DNA of 64,000 bases from an uncultured Candidatus Saccharibacteria bacterium (GTDB taxonomy: Bacteria; Patescibacteriota; Minisyncoccia; Phycocordibacterales; UBA9973). Each line of letters starts with the position of its first letter. Position 1 is the first letter of the stretch. The notes beneath the pieces were generated by a model. That model saw nothing but the letters and a program-made list of their open reading frames with translations. It did no database searches and was not told where the DNA came from. The stretch covers positions 57,286-121,285 of the forward strand of contig CAZCFW010000001.1 in assembly GCA_964498035.1 (NCBI GenBank). The letters run 5' to 3'. Positions 45,857 to 56,623 of this stretch are shown piece by piece. Made by a program: the position numbers and the translations under genes.

Positions 45857-46933
45857 TTATACTACCCCTCCTCCTATGCAAATATCTTTATCATAAATTA
45901 CTACTGATTGCCCAGAGGTAAGAGCAGAATCAGGATTCTCAAATTTAATTTTTATTTCATCTCCATTAACTTCAATTATTTCAATTTTAAGAATTTCACC
46001 ATGGTAGCGAACCTGCGCAGAATATTTCTCTCCAATTTTGATATCTCCACGAATTACAGTATTCTTAAGTGTCATAAATTCATTATTTTTTTTATTTAAA
46101 TCTTTATCGTGTGACACAATCAGAGTATTGTTGTTTATATCTTTAGCCACGATGTAGTAAGGCGTATCATTTGGAGTAGTCTTTGTGATAGTAAATCCGT
46201 GTCTCTCTCCAAGAGTGTAGAGCAAGACGCCATCATGAGTGCCTATAACTTCCCCATTCTCAGTTACCACATTTCCACTACGCACATTTATATAATGCTT
46301 AAGAAAATCCTTCATATCAAGAGGGCCTAGGAAGCACACACCCTGCGAATCCTTCTTCGTCGCTGTAGGTAAATTATATTTTTCTGCCAGTTTTCTAACT
46401 TCACTCTTCTTCATGTGGCCAATAGGAAAAAGTGTATGAGAAAGATCTTCTTCTGTAAGAGTCCAAAGGAAATACGATTGGTCTTTTGCTATATCAGAAG
46501 AGCGCGCAAGAAAAGACTGTAACGAAGCCTCCGCAGGCGCATTCACAGCATAATGCCCAGTTGCAATAAAGTCTGCGCCATGCTCTTTTGCGAATTTCCA
46601 AAATACTCCGAATTTCACTTCGCGATTGCACATTACGTCAGGATTTGGAGTGCGTCCTTCTTTGTATTCATTGATCATATAATCCGCCACGCCACGTTTA
46701 TAGGCATCTTCTGCGTCGCATTCGAGGAATGGCACATCGAGTGCTGCACACACCCTCATAGCATCACGGCGTTCATCCTTCCATGTGCATTCAATAAAGT
46801 CTGGAGTCCAAGTACGAATAAACACACCGACCACATTGTAGCCAGCTTCTTTCAGGAGTGCGAGTGACACAGAGGAGTCTACGCCTCCGGACACTCCCAC
46901 AAATACAGTTTTGTTTATTATGTTCTTCTTCAC
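45857..46933 (-). CDS. mnmA: tRNA-specific 2-thiouridylase MnmA
   Basis: PP-loop VFVGVSGGVDSSVS, GRTPNPDVMCNREVKFG, a catalytic Cys and the C-terminal barrel. It is 358 aa. Confidence 0.9.
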   Translation of the reverse strand: MKKNIINKTVFVGVSGGVDSSVSLALLKEAGYNVVGVFIRTWTPDFIECTWKDERRDAMRVCAALDVPFLECDAEDAYKRGVADYMINEYKEGRTPNPDVMCNREVKFGVFWKFAKEHGADFIATGHYAVNAPAEASLQSFLARSSDIAKDQSYFLWTLTEEDLSHTLFPIGHMKKSEVRKLAEKYNLPTATKKDSQGVCFLGPLDMKDFLKHYINVRSGNVVTENGEVIGTHDGVLLYTLGERHGFTITKTTPNDTPYYIVAKDINNNTLIVSHDKDLNKKNNEFMTLKNTVIRGDIKIGEKYSAQVRYHGEILKIEIIEVNGDEIKIKFENPDSALTSGQSVVIYDKDICIGGGVV

Positions 46934-46969
46934 TCTCTTAAAATACCTTAATTATGCTAATATGTCTAT

Positions 46970-47662
46970 ATGAAAAAGTTTTTAATTATTATATTCGTCA
47001 TTATATCCATCGGTGGAATATATTTCTTCCTAGAGAATAGTAAGGTTGCAAATTCTCCTACTCAACCAGAAATTGTAAAAGATATTCCGAAAGTAGTTGT
47101 AGAGAAAGTAAAAATTCAAACTCTTACGAAGGGCGAACAAATTCAAATTGATGCTGAAAAGAAATATCCAAATACTACACTTGATAACTGGATATATATC
47201 TCAGCGAGTGATGCTAAATTGTATTTAATAAAAGATAAGAAAATAATTAAATCTTACCCAATATCGATCGCAAAAAATGGATTAGGAAATGTAATGAATA
47301 GTAATAAAACTCCCACAGGACTTCATGAAATTAAAAAGATGATTGGCAAGGATTTGCCTATAAATACAATTATTAAAAGTGGAATATCTACAGGTAAGAT
47401 TGCTCAAGTAATAAGTGAGCCTATTTCTGTGAATACAGACCTAGTCACAACTAGAGTAATGTGGCTCTCGGGTCTTGAACCTGGAGTAAATAAAGGTGGA
47501 AAGGTAGATAGCTACAACCGCTTCATATACATCCACGGCACTCCAGAAGAAGGACTCATCGGCACTCCAGCGTCACATGGCTGTATCCGTATGTACAATA
47601 AAGATGTAATCGAACTTTTCAACCTCGTCCCTCTTGGTACAAAAGTTCTTATTGAAAAATAA
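46970..47662 (+). CDS. L,D-transpeptidase (YkuD domain), membrane-anchored
   Basis: N-terminal TM. Catalytic block IYIHGTPEEGLIGTPASHGCIRMYNKDVIELF (the HG...SHGCIRM signature). Confidence 0.75.
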   Translation: MKKFLIIIFVIISIGGIYFFLENSKVANSPTQPEIVKDIPKVVVEKVKIQTLTKGEQIQIDAEKKYPNTTLDNWIYISASDAKLYLIKDKKIIKSYPISIAKNGLGNVMNSNKTPTGLHEIKKMIGKDLPINTIIKSGISTGKIAQVISEPISVNTDLVTTRVMWLSGLEPGVNKGGKVDSYNRFIYIHGTPEEGLIGTPASHGCIRMYNKDVIELFNLVPLGTKVLIEK

Positions 47663-48538
47663 TTATTCCTTCTGCCACCTTGCGAAAATGCCACAGGGGA
47701 GAATTCTATTTGTTTCTGATTCTTCAATACCAAGCTCGCCTATTTCTATAGTGCCCTTGTGTGAGCCCATTACGTCTATCAAGCAGTTTTCGTATGCAAT
47801 TGGAGAGTAGCCAGCTGTGTAGCCGTTTATGAGTACAAAGAGTGGGTCTTCGGATAGGACTTCCTTACACAAATCCATAAGCTCTATGAAATGCTCTTCA
47901 ATTTTCCAAAGTTCATCTTTCGGTCCGTGGCCGAATGCTGGTGGATCCATGAGGATTGCATCGTACTTATTACCACGCTTTACTTCCCTTCGGAGGAACA
48001 CAATTACGTCATCTATAATCCAACGGATTGGTTTATCAGCAAGTCCAGATAGCTCTGCATTTTCTTTCGCCCAAGCGACAGCACTCTTAGAGCCGTCCAC
48101 GTGGCAAACTTCCGCTCCCGCATCCGCACAAGCAATTGATGCTCCACCAGTGTAGCCAAATAAATTTAAAACTTTAATTGTTTCAGGGTAATCTTTTTTA
48201 TTTTTATTTATTACTTCTTTCATCCAGTCCCAGTTTGCAAGTTGCTCTGGGAAAAGTCCTACGTGTTTGAAGGATGTGGGCTTGATTGCAAATGTGTATC
48301 CACCGAAATCAATATTCCATTTCGCCGGTACAGAATTCTTGAGCTTCCATTCTGTGCGAGTGCCTTGGCGGATAAATACTGCATCAGCTTTATCCCACAC
48401 ATTGCTTGGTAGATTCCTCTTCCAAAGTGCCTCAGGATCAGGGCGAGAAAATACTACACTAGCATAGCGCTCAAGCTTGAGCCCGTCGCCAGCATCAAGG
48501 AGTTCGTAATCTTTTGTTTTCTTTGTTGTTAATATCAT
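47663..48538 (-). CDS. class I SAM-dependent RNA methyltransferase (RlmI/YccW-like)
   Basis: LNLFGYTGGASIACADAG (motif I) and ILMDPPAFG (the DPPxF motif IV of m5C/m6A RNA methyltransferases). Confidence 0.55.
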   Translation of the reverse strand: MILTTKKTKDYELLDAGDGLKLERYASVVFSRPDPEALWKRNLPSNVWDKADAVFIRQGTRTEWKLKNSVPAKWNIDFGGYTFAIKPTSFKHVGLFPEQLANWDWMKEVINKNKKDYPETIKVLNLFGYTGGASIACADAGAEVCHVDGSKSAVAWAKENAELSGLADKPIRWIIDDVIVFLRREVKRGNKYDAILMDPPAFGHGPKDELWKIEEHFIELMDLCKEVLSEDPLFVLINGYTAGYSPIAYENCLIDVMGSHKGTIEIGELGIEESETNRILPCGIFARWQKE

Positions 48539-48539
48539 A

Positions 48540-49097
48540 TTATTTTAAATAAATTAATTTCTTAAAGAGTTCAAATAAGGCTTTTGCGTCAGAAAGTGCG
48601 GTGTGAGCATTCTTGTTCTCAATCTCAAAGTACTCGCAAAGAGTGCGCAGTGAGTACTTATCTATATCATCTTTATCCTTATTATGCAATTTGGCAAATG
48701 CCATTGTAATAGTATCGATTCTTAAATAGTGCATTTCATTTTTCACACCTGAGGCTTTAAAAGCTCTGTCTATGAACCCAGCATCAAAGCAAATATTGTG
48801 AGCTACCATGATAGAATCTTTCGCTTTAAGTGAAAGGAGTTGCATGCCTTGCTTGAGAGTCAGTGCATTCTCCCATTCATCTTTATCATATTTATTTATC
48901 TTAAGAGATATTGGATCCGCGGTCTCGATATGATTTGGCTTCATCTTGTACTCAATCTCTTCAATTACAGTAAACACTGGCAGAGTACCTGACCAATCTT
49001 GATCCACGAGCACAATACCCATTTCTATGAGCTCGTGCGTGTCAGGATCGAAGCCTGTGGTCTCTGTGTCGATGAATGCTAATCTGTGGTTTCTCAT
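48540..49097 (-). CDS. DEDDh 3'-5' exonuclease (DnaQ/epsilon-like)
   Basis: Exo I FIDTETTG, Exo II MVAHNICFDAGFI and Exo III NAHTALSDAKAL. Confidence 0.75.
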   Translation of the reverse strand: MRNHRLAFIDTETTGFDPDTHELIEMGIVLVDQDWSGTLPVFTVIEEIEYKMKPNHIETADPISLKINKYDKDEWENALTLKQGMQLLSLKAKDSIMVAHNICFDAGFIDRAFKASGVKNEMHYLRIDTITMAFAKLHNKDKDDIDKYSLRTLCEYFEIENKNAHTALSDAKALFELFKKLIYLK

Positions 49098-49786
49098 TTT
49101 AAATATTTTTTAATATTAAGTTTGTGTTCTTCATATGTATTTGCAAAATGTGCGGTGCCGTCCTTATCATGTATATAGTAGTAGTATGAACTTTCTGTAG
49201 GATTCATGGCAGCATTTATAGATGTAAGTCCTGGGTTTGAAATTGGCATATCAGGAAGACCAACTTTAAGATAAGTACCCTTATCTGCATCTACCTGAAG
49301 TGGCATATTTTTCTTTAATCGCTTCCATAAAATTCCAGAAATTATCTTAATATCATTTTGCGTCGCCTCTTCTTCTAAAATTGATGCCATTGTGAGGATT
49401 TCAATACTTTCTGTGGGTGATTTTTTGTCGAAATTTGTCCTTAAACGCAATATGACATTTTCTGGTGTTTCACTCTTATAGAAAAAGTATGTGTCTGGAA
49501 AAAGATAACCCTGCAGACTGCTTGCAGATTCTATAAATTTCTTTGAGTCAAAATTAAGAATTTGTTTTGATATCAAATTTGCAATTTGTATATTTGTACT
49601 TCCTTCCGGAATAGTCACCTTCACGTTCTCAGCAATTTTCGGTGGCCCAAAGTGCCTATCTATATAAGATATTATTCTACTATAGTTAAATATAAATAAA
49701 ACAACAAAAATTACTGCTGTCGAGAGTGCAATAATTTTTATCGGAAACTTATTTTTTTCGATTGGAATTTCAGTATCTGTATCCAT
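49094..49786 (-). CDS. mltG: endolytic murein transglycosylase MltG (YceG-like)
   Basis: N-terminal TM, then GYLFPDTYFF, ASILEEEA and GLPDMPISNPG, which are YceG family signatures. Confidence 0.75.
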   Translation of the reverse strand: MDTDTEIPIEKNKFPIKIIALSTAVIFVVLFIFNYSRIISYIDRHFGPPKIAENVKVTIPEGSTNIQIANLISKQILNFDSKKFIESASSLQGYLFPDTYFFYKSETPENVILRLRTNFDKKSPTESIEILTMASILEEEATQNDIKIISGILWKRLKKNMPLQVDADKGTYLKVGLPDMPISNPGLTSINAAMNPTESSYYYYIHDKDGTAHFANTYEEHKLNIKKYLK

Positions 49787-49789
49787 ATA

Positions 49790-51088
49790 TTATGAAGGCA
49801 AGTTTGACGGAGGCTTTGCAATCTTTGAATCGACACGCTTGAAGCTAGGTGTTTCTGAAACCAATCCTGGAAAGTGGTAAATAGTAGCCAATTCCTCTAA
49901 AGACAACACAAATATCTTTGGGCTATGTGATGGGAAGAATACCTTCAAGATACCCTTATATTCAATACTATACTGAATTGGTGGATGGAAGAATGTGCGT
50001 AGTCTATATGAGTTCAGCATACGGCGCTTAATCTTTGCAAGTGCAAGACCTGTAGGGTCAGCGAACGGAGAATCAAACTGTGTAGAGTTAATACGCTCAA
50101 ATTCATTTGATGATGGTGATGCATACTGCCTAAACAGCAAACGTGAACTTTTACGAAGTAAATTAAATTCTTCTTCAGTATGCAAACGGCGGTCTGCAAG
50201 TGTGACCAAACGTATGCCACAATCAAAGTGTAGTTGCTCAAGATTTCTTACAGTATTCTCAACGATCGGCTTAAGATAATCAGGTGCACGAATTTCCTTT
50301 GCATTACCACCGCCAACTCCACTACCTTTTTTAATTTGAGTGAAATCTTTAAGCATATTATCGAGGAATTGATGTGCTGCTGTGTAAAAGTCGACATGGT
50401 GCCCAGTGTGATGGTCATGATACTTCTTGAGTGTTTGACGCACGACTATTTGAATCCATACTTGCTGACCCTTTGGTAGTGATCCTAAATACTCAATAGT
50501 CGGAGTGATAGGGTCCACCTTATATTCTTCTTTTGTTCCAGATTTCATTTCATCCATCTCACGATATGTCTTTATTGGGCGGAAATCTTCTTTACCTTTT
50601 GTAAATTCTGCACTCCAAGTATACCAATTACAATTATTAGTATAGTTATCGACATGCATCGTATAGTCATCTACCTCCACAATCTTTGCCTGTGGGTACT
50701 GAGCGTAAACTTGTGTCTCCACTAGATCACGGATACGGGTCGGTGTACGAATATAGAAGTGTACCTTACCATCAATCCCAGCCATCTCAAGTGAGAACCA
50801 GAGCCATGGTGCACCTATAATAAATTCCTCCCAGAAACCCTTTCCACTCTTGTGGAAAAATGCATTTGAAAAGATAAGCTCCATAGCAGCCGGAGATTTA
50901 TCAACTTCGCGAGGTACTTGAATTTCAAGCAATGCCCATTTAATACCAACAATGAATCTTTCCACTCTGTAGTGATGCCAAAATACGTATGCCACATACG
51001 CAAGCGGAAAAGGCATTAAGTATCCGATAACAGTCACGAGGATTACCAGTGGATGAATATTATGTGCATCTAAAAACTGTGCGAGCAT
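49790..51088 (-). CDS. membrane-anchored hypothetical protein (432 aa)
   Basis: Two N-terminal TM helices and a large soluble domain with no recognised motif. Co-directional with mltG, the exonuclease and the methyltransferase. Confidence 0.45.
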   Translation of the reverse strand: MLAQFLDAHNIHPLVILVTVIGYLMPFPLAYVAYVFWHHYRVERFIVGIKWALLEIQVPREVDKSPAAMELIFSNAFFHKSGKGFWEEFIIGAPWLWFSLEMAGIDGKVHFYIRTPTRIRDLVETQVYAQYPQAKIVEVDDYTMHVDNYTNNCNWYTWSAEFTKGKEDFRPIKTYREMDEMKSGTKEEYKVDPITPTIEYLGSLPKGQQVWIQIVVRQTLKKYHDHHTGHHVDFYTAAHQFLDNMLKDFTQIKKGSGVGGGNAKEIRAPDYLKPIVENTVRNLEQLHFDCGIRLVTLADRRLHTEEEFNLLRKSSRLLFRQYASPSSNEFERINSTQFDSPFADPTGLALAKIKRRMLNSYRLRTFFHPPIQYSIEYKGILKVFFPSHSPKIFVLSLEELATIYHFPGLVSETPSFKRVDSKIAKPPSNLPS

Positions 51089-51107
51089 AAAATTATTATA
51101 TCATATA

Positions 51108-51140
51108 AACGAAAAACCAGTCCGATTTTCATCGGACTGG
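51108..51140 (-). terminator. hairpin terminator (ccagtccga-ttttca-tcggactgg) after the sigma-r4/HARE-HTH gene
   Basis: 9-bp perfect stem followed on the minus strand by TTTTTCGTTT. Confidence 0.55.
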
Positions 51141-51156
51141 TTGTGGATTAGGTCAA

Positions 51157-52188
51157 TTAAACAACTGAGTATAGTCCACTTTTATTTTTCTTAAAATATT
51201 TTGTATTTTGTAAGTTTACTAAAATTGTATTCTTCTTCAAATATCTTTCCTTCATGACTTGCTCTATGATATCTTCCTTAGTCATTGGGCCATTTTTCTT
51301 GATTAATTCTTTTATCACATCACGTACCACTCCAGCTGTGTATCCCCATTCCTTAAGGGCGTAAATACCACGGCCAACGAGAACGAAACGATCATCTTTA
51401 ATAAGTTCATTGTGGCAAGTAGCTGTGTGAGTCTTCTTTGCGAATGTGTCACCAATAGCCTTTGCAACTTCACGGAAATGCATAGGTGAACCATGCTTTC
51501 TCATCATAAGAAAAGCGTAATCCTTGATTCCACGAGTTTTAATATTTGAAGATGTAGATTTACCCCATTCTCCAAGAGGATTCTTACTCATCTTCTTTGA
51601 GATGTTTAGCCAACGACGAGCTATTTCTTCACTCTTGTATTGTTCATTCAGATCCTTAAGTCCATCAAGGAAACGATTTACAAGTTCTCCTTCTGAAATA
51701 AGTTCATCGTCATCCAGACTCTTGTATAGAGAATGTAATGCTTCATGTACTTGGTCTGAAACTTCGTCGTTCACACTCCATCTTGATTTGAAATGTTCAT
51801 CTTCTTTTTCTTTAGTAAAATCATCTCCGAGAGTAAGGTAAAGGTGGATGTGATTCTGAACTTGTTCATCTTTAGATATGTGACTTAGGAATTCTTCTTC
51901 AGACACTATAGCACCTAACTCATGCATGATAGTTTTAAGTTCATCAAATACAGATTTTTCATTCTTGTATGAATCAGATTTGCGAATCATTGTAAGTGCA
52001 GCATTTTCAATCTGACGCACGCGCTCACGAGTAATGCCGTATTTACCACCAATAGCCTCAAGCGTCTTGCGCTCTGGAACATCATCAAGACCGAAACGAC
52101 TTACGATAACTTCGTACGCACGCTCAGGTAGCGGTGAGAGTATTCTTTTTGTGACTTGCTTTGGTTTAAAGGTAACTGTATTTGGCAT
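51157..52188 (-). CDS. DNA-binding protein with an N-terminal sigma-70 region-4-like HTH and a C-terminal HARE-HTH-like domain
   Basis: The N-terminus LPERAYEVIVSRFGLDDVPERKTLEAIGGKYGITRERVRQIENAALTMIR is a sigma70_r4 pattern. The C-terminus GSPMHFREVAKAIG...NELIKDDRFVLVGRGIYALKEWGY is a HARE-HTH pattern as in the RNAP delta N-terminal domain. Confidence 0.5.
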   Translation of the reverse strand: MPNTVTFKPKQVTKRILSPLPERAYEVIVSRFGLDDVPERKTLEAIGGKYGITRERVRQIENAALTMIRKSDSYKNEKSVFDELKTIMHELGAIVSEEEFLSHISKDEQVQNHIHLYLTLGDDFTKEKEDEHFKSRWSVNDEVSDQVHEALHSLYKSLDDDELISEGELVNRFLDGLKDLNEQYKSEEIARRWLNISKKMSKNPLGEWGKSTSSNIKTRGIKDYAFLMMRKHGSPMHFREVAKAIGDTFAKKTHTATCHNELIKDDRFVLVGRGIYALKEWGYTAGVVRDVIKELIKKNGPMTKEDIIEQVMKERYLKKNTILVNLQNTKYFKKNKSGLYSVV

Positions 52189-52297
52189 AAATATTACTTA
52201 AATTTAATTGTTAATATAAATCTGTATTTTCATAGTATCATTACTATCGAATAAAGTCAAATGTTTACATGCAAACGAACAAAACCTAGAAATATCC

Positions 52298-54100
52298 TTA
52301 TTTATTAGAGCCTTTTGACTTTGAACGTTCTTGTTCAGTAAGGTATTTCTTGCGTAAACGCACACTCTTAGGTGTAATTTCAAGATATTCATCGTCTGAC
52401 ATTACTTCAAGTCCACGCTCAATTGAGAGTGTATATGGTGGCTTCACATTCACAGCTTCATCAGTACCAGACGCACGCATGTTTGTAAGCTGTTTACCCT
52501 TGATTGGGTTCACTGCCATTTCATCACCCTTGATAACGTTACCGATAACCATACCTTCGTACACCTCAGTACCGTGCTCTACATATAATGTGCCACGATC
52601 TTGGAGGTTCCAGAGTGCGAATGCGACAGCTTTTCCAGTCATCATACTTGTCATTGAGCCCACATCGCGCTTTTTGATTTCACCAGCGTAAGAATTAAAT
52701 CCAACGAATCGTGACGCAAGAATTCCTTCACCCTTTGTGTCCACAACGAATTGACTTCTGTAGCCAAGAAGACCGCGTGTAGGTATTTCAATAAGCATGC
52801 GAGTGATTCCCTCTTTCTCATTCATAGAAGTTATCATTCCCTTTCTTGCAGTAAGCTTTTCAATAACAGCACCAGAGTATTCAGAACGCACATCGATAGT
52901 CACCTCTTCGTAAGGTTCCAATTTCTTTCCTTCTTCTTCTTTGATGATTACGTGTGGTTGAGATACCTGTAGTTCATAACCTTCACGGCGCATATTCTCA
53001 AGTAGAACTGCAATGTGTAATTCTCCACGTCCATAAACTGTGAATCCTTCTTTATCTAGTTCCACACTCTTGTCCCAGTCCACTTTGAGTCCCACGTTCA
53101 CTTCAAGCTCTTTCTCTAGGCGCTCACGAATCTGACGACTTGTCACATACTTACCTTCACGGCCAGCAAATGGTGAGTCGTTAATAAGGAAGTTTAGAGA
53201 GATAGTAGGCTCGTCGATAGAGATAGATGGGAGTGCCTCTGTAGCCTGATTGTCCACCACAGTTTCTCCGATGAATACGTCTGGAATACCAGCAATAATT
53301 GCAATATCTCCAGTAGTTAGGATGTCTGATTCTTTACGATTGATACCTTCGAATGTAAACATCTTTGTGATGCGAGTAGTTCGAGACTCTCCATCTGCTT
53401 TCTTTACGATGATGTTTGCACCAGATTTGATACTTCCTTGGTATGCACGCACGATAGCAAGACGGCCTAGGAAGTTGTCGTAACCTAAGTTGAAAACTTG
53501 TGCTTGGAATGGTGCATCAGGATTCTTACTTGCTTCTGGAACTTCACGAAGAACTAGGTCGAGAAGTGGTGTGAGGTCTGTTGATTCATCTGCAAGAGCG
53601 AGCTTCGCGATACCTTGACGGCCGATAGCGTAAATAGTTTTGAAATCAATCTGCTCTTCGTTGGCACCAAGCTCGAGGAATAGCTCAAGGACTTCTTCAT
53701 GAACACGGTCTGGGTTTGCTGCTGGCTTGTCGATCTTGTTGATCACAACGATTGGCTTAAGCCCCAATTCTAGAGACTTCTTTAGCACGAAGCGAGTCTG
53801 AGGCATAGGACCTTCTTGCGCATCTACGAGTAGGAGCACAGAGTCGATAGCACGAAGCACACGCTCCACTTCAGATCCGAAGTCCGCGTGTCCTGGCGTA
53901 TCCACGATGTTAATCTTTGTGCCCTTATAATTAACGGAAGTGTTCTTAGAATAGATAGTAATACCACGCTCAAGTTCAATGGCATTTGAGTCCATTGTTG
54001 ATCCTTCTTCAGACATTCCACACTGCTTCATTAATTGATCAGTAAGTGTAGTCTTTCCATGGTCCACGTGTGCGATGATTGCTATGTTACGAATTTGCAT
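52298..54100 (-). CDS. typA: translational GTPase TypA/BipA
   Basis: [17 protein letters not shown] (G1), DTPGHADF (G3), NKID (G4). The 600-aa length and domain order are typical of BipA. Confidence 0.9.
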   Translation of the reverse strand: MQIRNIAIIAHVDHGKTTLTDQLMKQCGMSEEGSTMDSNAIELERGITIYSKNTSVNYKGTKINIVDTPGHADFGSEVERVLRAIDSVLLLVDAQEGPMPQTRFVLKKSLELGLKPIVVINKIDKPAANPDRVHEEVLELFLELGANEEQIDFKTIYAIGRQGIAKLALADESTDLTPLLDLVLREVPEASKNPDAPFQAQVFNLGYDNFLGRLAIVRAYQGSIKSGANIIVKKADGESRTTRITKMFTFEGINRKESDILTTGDIAIIAGIPDVFIGETVVDNQATEALPSISIDEPTISLNFLINDSPFAGREGKYVTSRQIRERLEKELEVNVGLKVDWDKSVELDKEGFTVYGRGELHIAVLLENMRREGYELQVSQPHVIIKEEEGKKLEPYEEVTIDVRSEYSGAVIEKLTARKGMITSMNEKEGITRMLIEIPTRGLLGYRSQFVVDTKGEGILASRFVGFNSYAGEIKKRDVGSMTSMMTGKAVAFALWNLQDRGTLYVEHGTEVYEGMVIGNVIKGDEMAVNPIKGKQLTNMRASGTDEAVNVKPPYTLSIERGLEVMSDDEYLEITPKSVRLRKKYLTEQERSKSKGSNK

Positions 54101-54185
54101 ATAAATAAAAAATGTCCGCTTTCGGCGGGGCCAGCTAAAAAGCTGATTAATTGATGCTATTACTATATCACAAACTTATATAAAA

Positions 54186-54220
54186 GTAAAACACCTCATC
54201 AGTTTCCTGAGAGGTGTTGT
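54186..54220 (-). terminator. hairpin terminator after the 214-aa membrane protein gene
   Basis: aacacctc...gaggtgtt 8-bp stem with a minus-strand T-run. Confidence 0.45.
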
Positions 54221-54223
54221 ATT

Positions 54224-54868
54224 TCATACTAAATTTCTTTTGTTTTTGATAAAATTTACTATCTCATTTTGCTCCTTCATTTCTTTGTCCGTCAATTTTT
54301 CCCATTGATCAGCAAGTTTTGAATAGAAATCTTCAATCAGTTTCAAAGTGTCCAAGCTATAAACTTGAAATTCTTGCTTGGTCTTATATTCTCTAATTAA
54401 TTCATTCACGATTTCAACATCTGATTCAGTGTATACAATACTACTATCAGAAAAGAAAATCTGTGAGCAACGATCAAAGTAATTGTAGACCACAACTGTG
54501 TTGGGATTCTTGTAGCCATCAATTCTAAGGTCTCTCAAGATTCCATCAAATTTATCCTTTAGTTTTTTACGATATTCTAACTGATGTTCAGATAGATTAT
54601 CATATACTTTATTTTCAATTTGTATCCTCTTCCCTAAGTATGCTTTGTATCCCCAACGTGATACTCCTATAATATACCCAAGAAGTAATGCAACAAGTGT
54701 AAGTATACCAAACAAGTATTTGAACGTTTGGATAAACTCAAGAAAGGATAAGTTTAATATCTTAAAATAAAGAATTAAACTCATAATTAGAAGGACAACA
54801 ACAGTGATACTCGCCCAGTGTCTTACACTGTAAGATTTACTAAGCTCTACTTTGATTTCATCTTTCAT
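54224..54868 (-). CDS. membrane hypothetical protein (214 aa, 2 TM)
   Basis: Hydrophobic helices VVVLLIMSLILYF and LTLVALLLGYIIGV. No motif. Confidence 0.4.
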   Translation of the reverse strand: MKDEIKVELSKSYSVRHWASITVVVLLIMSLILYFKILNLSFLEFIQTFKYLFGILTLVALLLGYIIGVSRWGYKAYLGKRIQIENKVYDNLSEHQLEYRKKLKDKFDGILRDLRIDGYKNPNTVVVYNYFDRCSQIFFSDSSIVYTESDVEIVNELIREYKTKQEFQVYSLDTLKLIEDFYSKLADQWEKLTDKEMKEQNEIVNFIKNKRNLV

Positions 54869-54937
54869 ACTATAAATATTTTTATAGAATAGTACTACTT
54901 TTAGAACAAGTCGTCAATTATAAAATTAATTTCAAAA

Positions 54938-56014
54938 TTAAAATAATTTAACAATATCCTGATATGTAATCACAACCATAAGTATCATCAGTAACCCAAA
55001 CCCAATCAAATTAACCAAGTTACCTATTTCTGGTTTTATGCGAGAACCTTTAATCTTCTCAATAAGTAAAAAAAGCAATCTACCACCATCGAGTGCTGGA
55101 AACGGAATCAAATTTATAACTGCAAGATTAATAGAAATAAGTGCAGTGAAAGAAAGTAAATATATGAATCCAAATGAAAGAGCATTTCCAACTTCACCAA
55201 CGATGCCGACAGGTCCGGTCATAGCAGCAAGATTACCCTTACCAACCAATGAACTACTAATAAGATCATAAAACCCTATAGCTGTTGAATATGTGATTTG
55301 ACCAGTAAGTTTAAGTCCTTGATATAGTGCCTTATGTATTGGAAGCTTGAGTCTCCCAATTACATCCATTCCGATTCCAATAGTACCCTTATCTGGCACA
55401 AGACTTGTCTGTTTCATTTCTCCAGCACGTTCGAAATCGATAACTATATCATCATTTAAATGCTTCTTTATGAAATATCTCAGGCTCTCTATAGAAGGAA
55501 CTTCTGTTGTATCCTTATTATACGAAAGATGTTTGATTTTATCTCCAACCTGAAGCCCAGATAATTCTGCAGGAGATCCTTTTGAAACATTTACAATTAC
55601 CACTTGCCTGTCAATAATTACTGATCCTTGAGGTGCATTACTTACAGAGGATGGAAGTCCTGACATAAATCCAACTGAAAGTAAAAGCCATGCTACGAGG
55701 AAGTTCATAGCCACACCAGCAAACAAAACCATAGCTTGCACATATTTTGGTTTGCTTACAAAACTTCGATTCTTATCTTTACCATTTATTGATTCTTCAT
55801 CAGGATTCTCTCCGAAAATTTTTACATAACCACCTATTGGGAAAATATTTATTCGGTATAGTGTCTCACCTTTTCTCCAAGAGAAAATCTTGGGACCCAT
55901 ACCAAAAGCGAATTCGTCTACGCGTATTCCATTCTTTTTCGCAACGATAAAATGCCCAAATTCATGGGACACGACTAAAACAAGTAAGATTATTATAAAA
56001 ATTATTATATTCAT
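54938..56014 (-). CDS. rseP: RIP metalloprotease RseP (site-2 protease, M50)
   Basis: HEFGH zinc motif in TM1, a PDZ segment GSPAELSGLQVGDKI and the LDGG motif (FPALDGG). Confidence 0.8.
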   Translation of the reverse strand: MNIIIFIIILLVLVVSHEFGHFIVAKKNGIRVDEFAFGMGPKIFSWRKGETLYRINIFPIGGYVKIFGENPDEESINGKDKNRSFVSKPKYVQAMVLFAGVAMNFLVAWLLLSVGFMSGLPSSVSNAPQGSVIIDRQVVIVNVSKGSPAELSGLQVGDKIKHLSYNKDTTEVPSIESLRYFIKKHLNDDIVIDFERAGEMKQTSLVPDKGTIGIGMDVIGRLKLPIHKALYQGLKLTGQITYSTAIGFYDLISSSLVGKGNLAAMTGPVGIVGEVGNALSFGFIYLLSFTALISINLAVINLIPFPALDGGRLLFLLIEKIKGSRIKPEIGNLVNLIGFGLLMILMVVITYQDIVKLF

Positions 56015-56062
56015 GAAATTAATTGTATCGTTTACTAGCCACTAGAAAATAATTACTAGAAC

Positions 56063-56596
56063 TTAATTCATCACTTCAGTTTCTTTCTTTTCAAAAATAG
56101 CTTCTAAATTATTATTTGCCTCATCCACACATTTCTGAATTTCATCTTTTGCTCGATGTGCTTCATCATCTGGAAGGTCTGCTGTCTTATCTATTTCATT
56201 TCCGCGTTCTTTACGCACAGATACACGAGCATCTTCTAGCTTTTCTTTTAAAACCTTAACGAGTTTAGAGCGAGTCTCTGTTGTAAGCATTGGGAAAATA
56301 GCACGAACTCCATCACTATCAGACAGTACAGAGAGGCCAAGGTTTGCAGCTTGTATAGCCTTCTCGATTTCTTTAATAGCGCTCTTGTCCCATGGAGCAA
56401 TGCGAAGAGTCTTCGGATCTTCCACTGAGACTGCCGCTATGTTCTTGATCGGCATAAAGGATCCATAACTTTCAATCATTATTGAGTCGAGCACTATTGG
56501 AGTCGCACGACCTGTGTGCACTTGGCTAAATTCTTTACTTAGCCATTCTTCTATCTTTTTTAATTCTTGTTTAAAATTTGTTGTATTGTATGCCAT
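56063..56596 (-). CDS. frr: ribosome recycling factor
   Basis: 177 aa with HTGRATPIVLDSIMIESYGSFMPIKNIAAVSVEDPKTLRIAPWDKS, an RRF signature. Confidence 0.9.
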   Translation of the reverse strand: MAYNTTNFKQELKKIEEWLSKEFSQVHTGRATPIVLDSIMIESYGSFMPIKNIAAVSVEDPKTLRIAPWDKSAIKEIEKAIQAANLGLSVLSDSDGVRAIFPMLTTETRSKLVKVLKEKLEDARVSVRKERGNEIDKTADLPDDEAHRAKDEIQKCVDEANNNLEAIFEKKETEVMN

Positions 56597-56623
56597 AAAA
56601 TTTAAATTATTTTTACTAATGCA

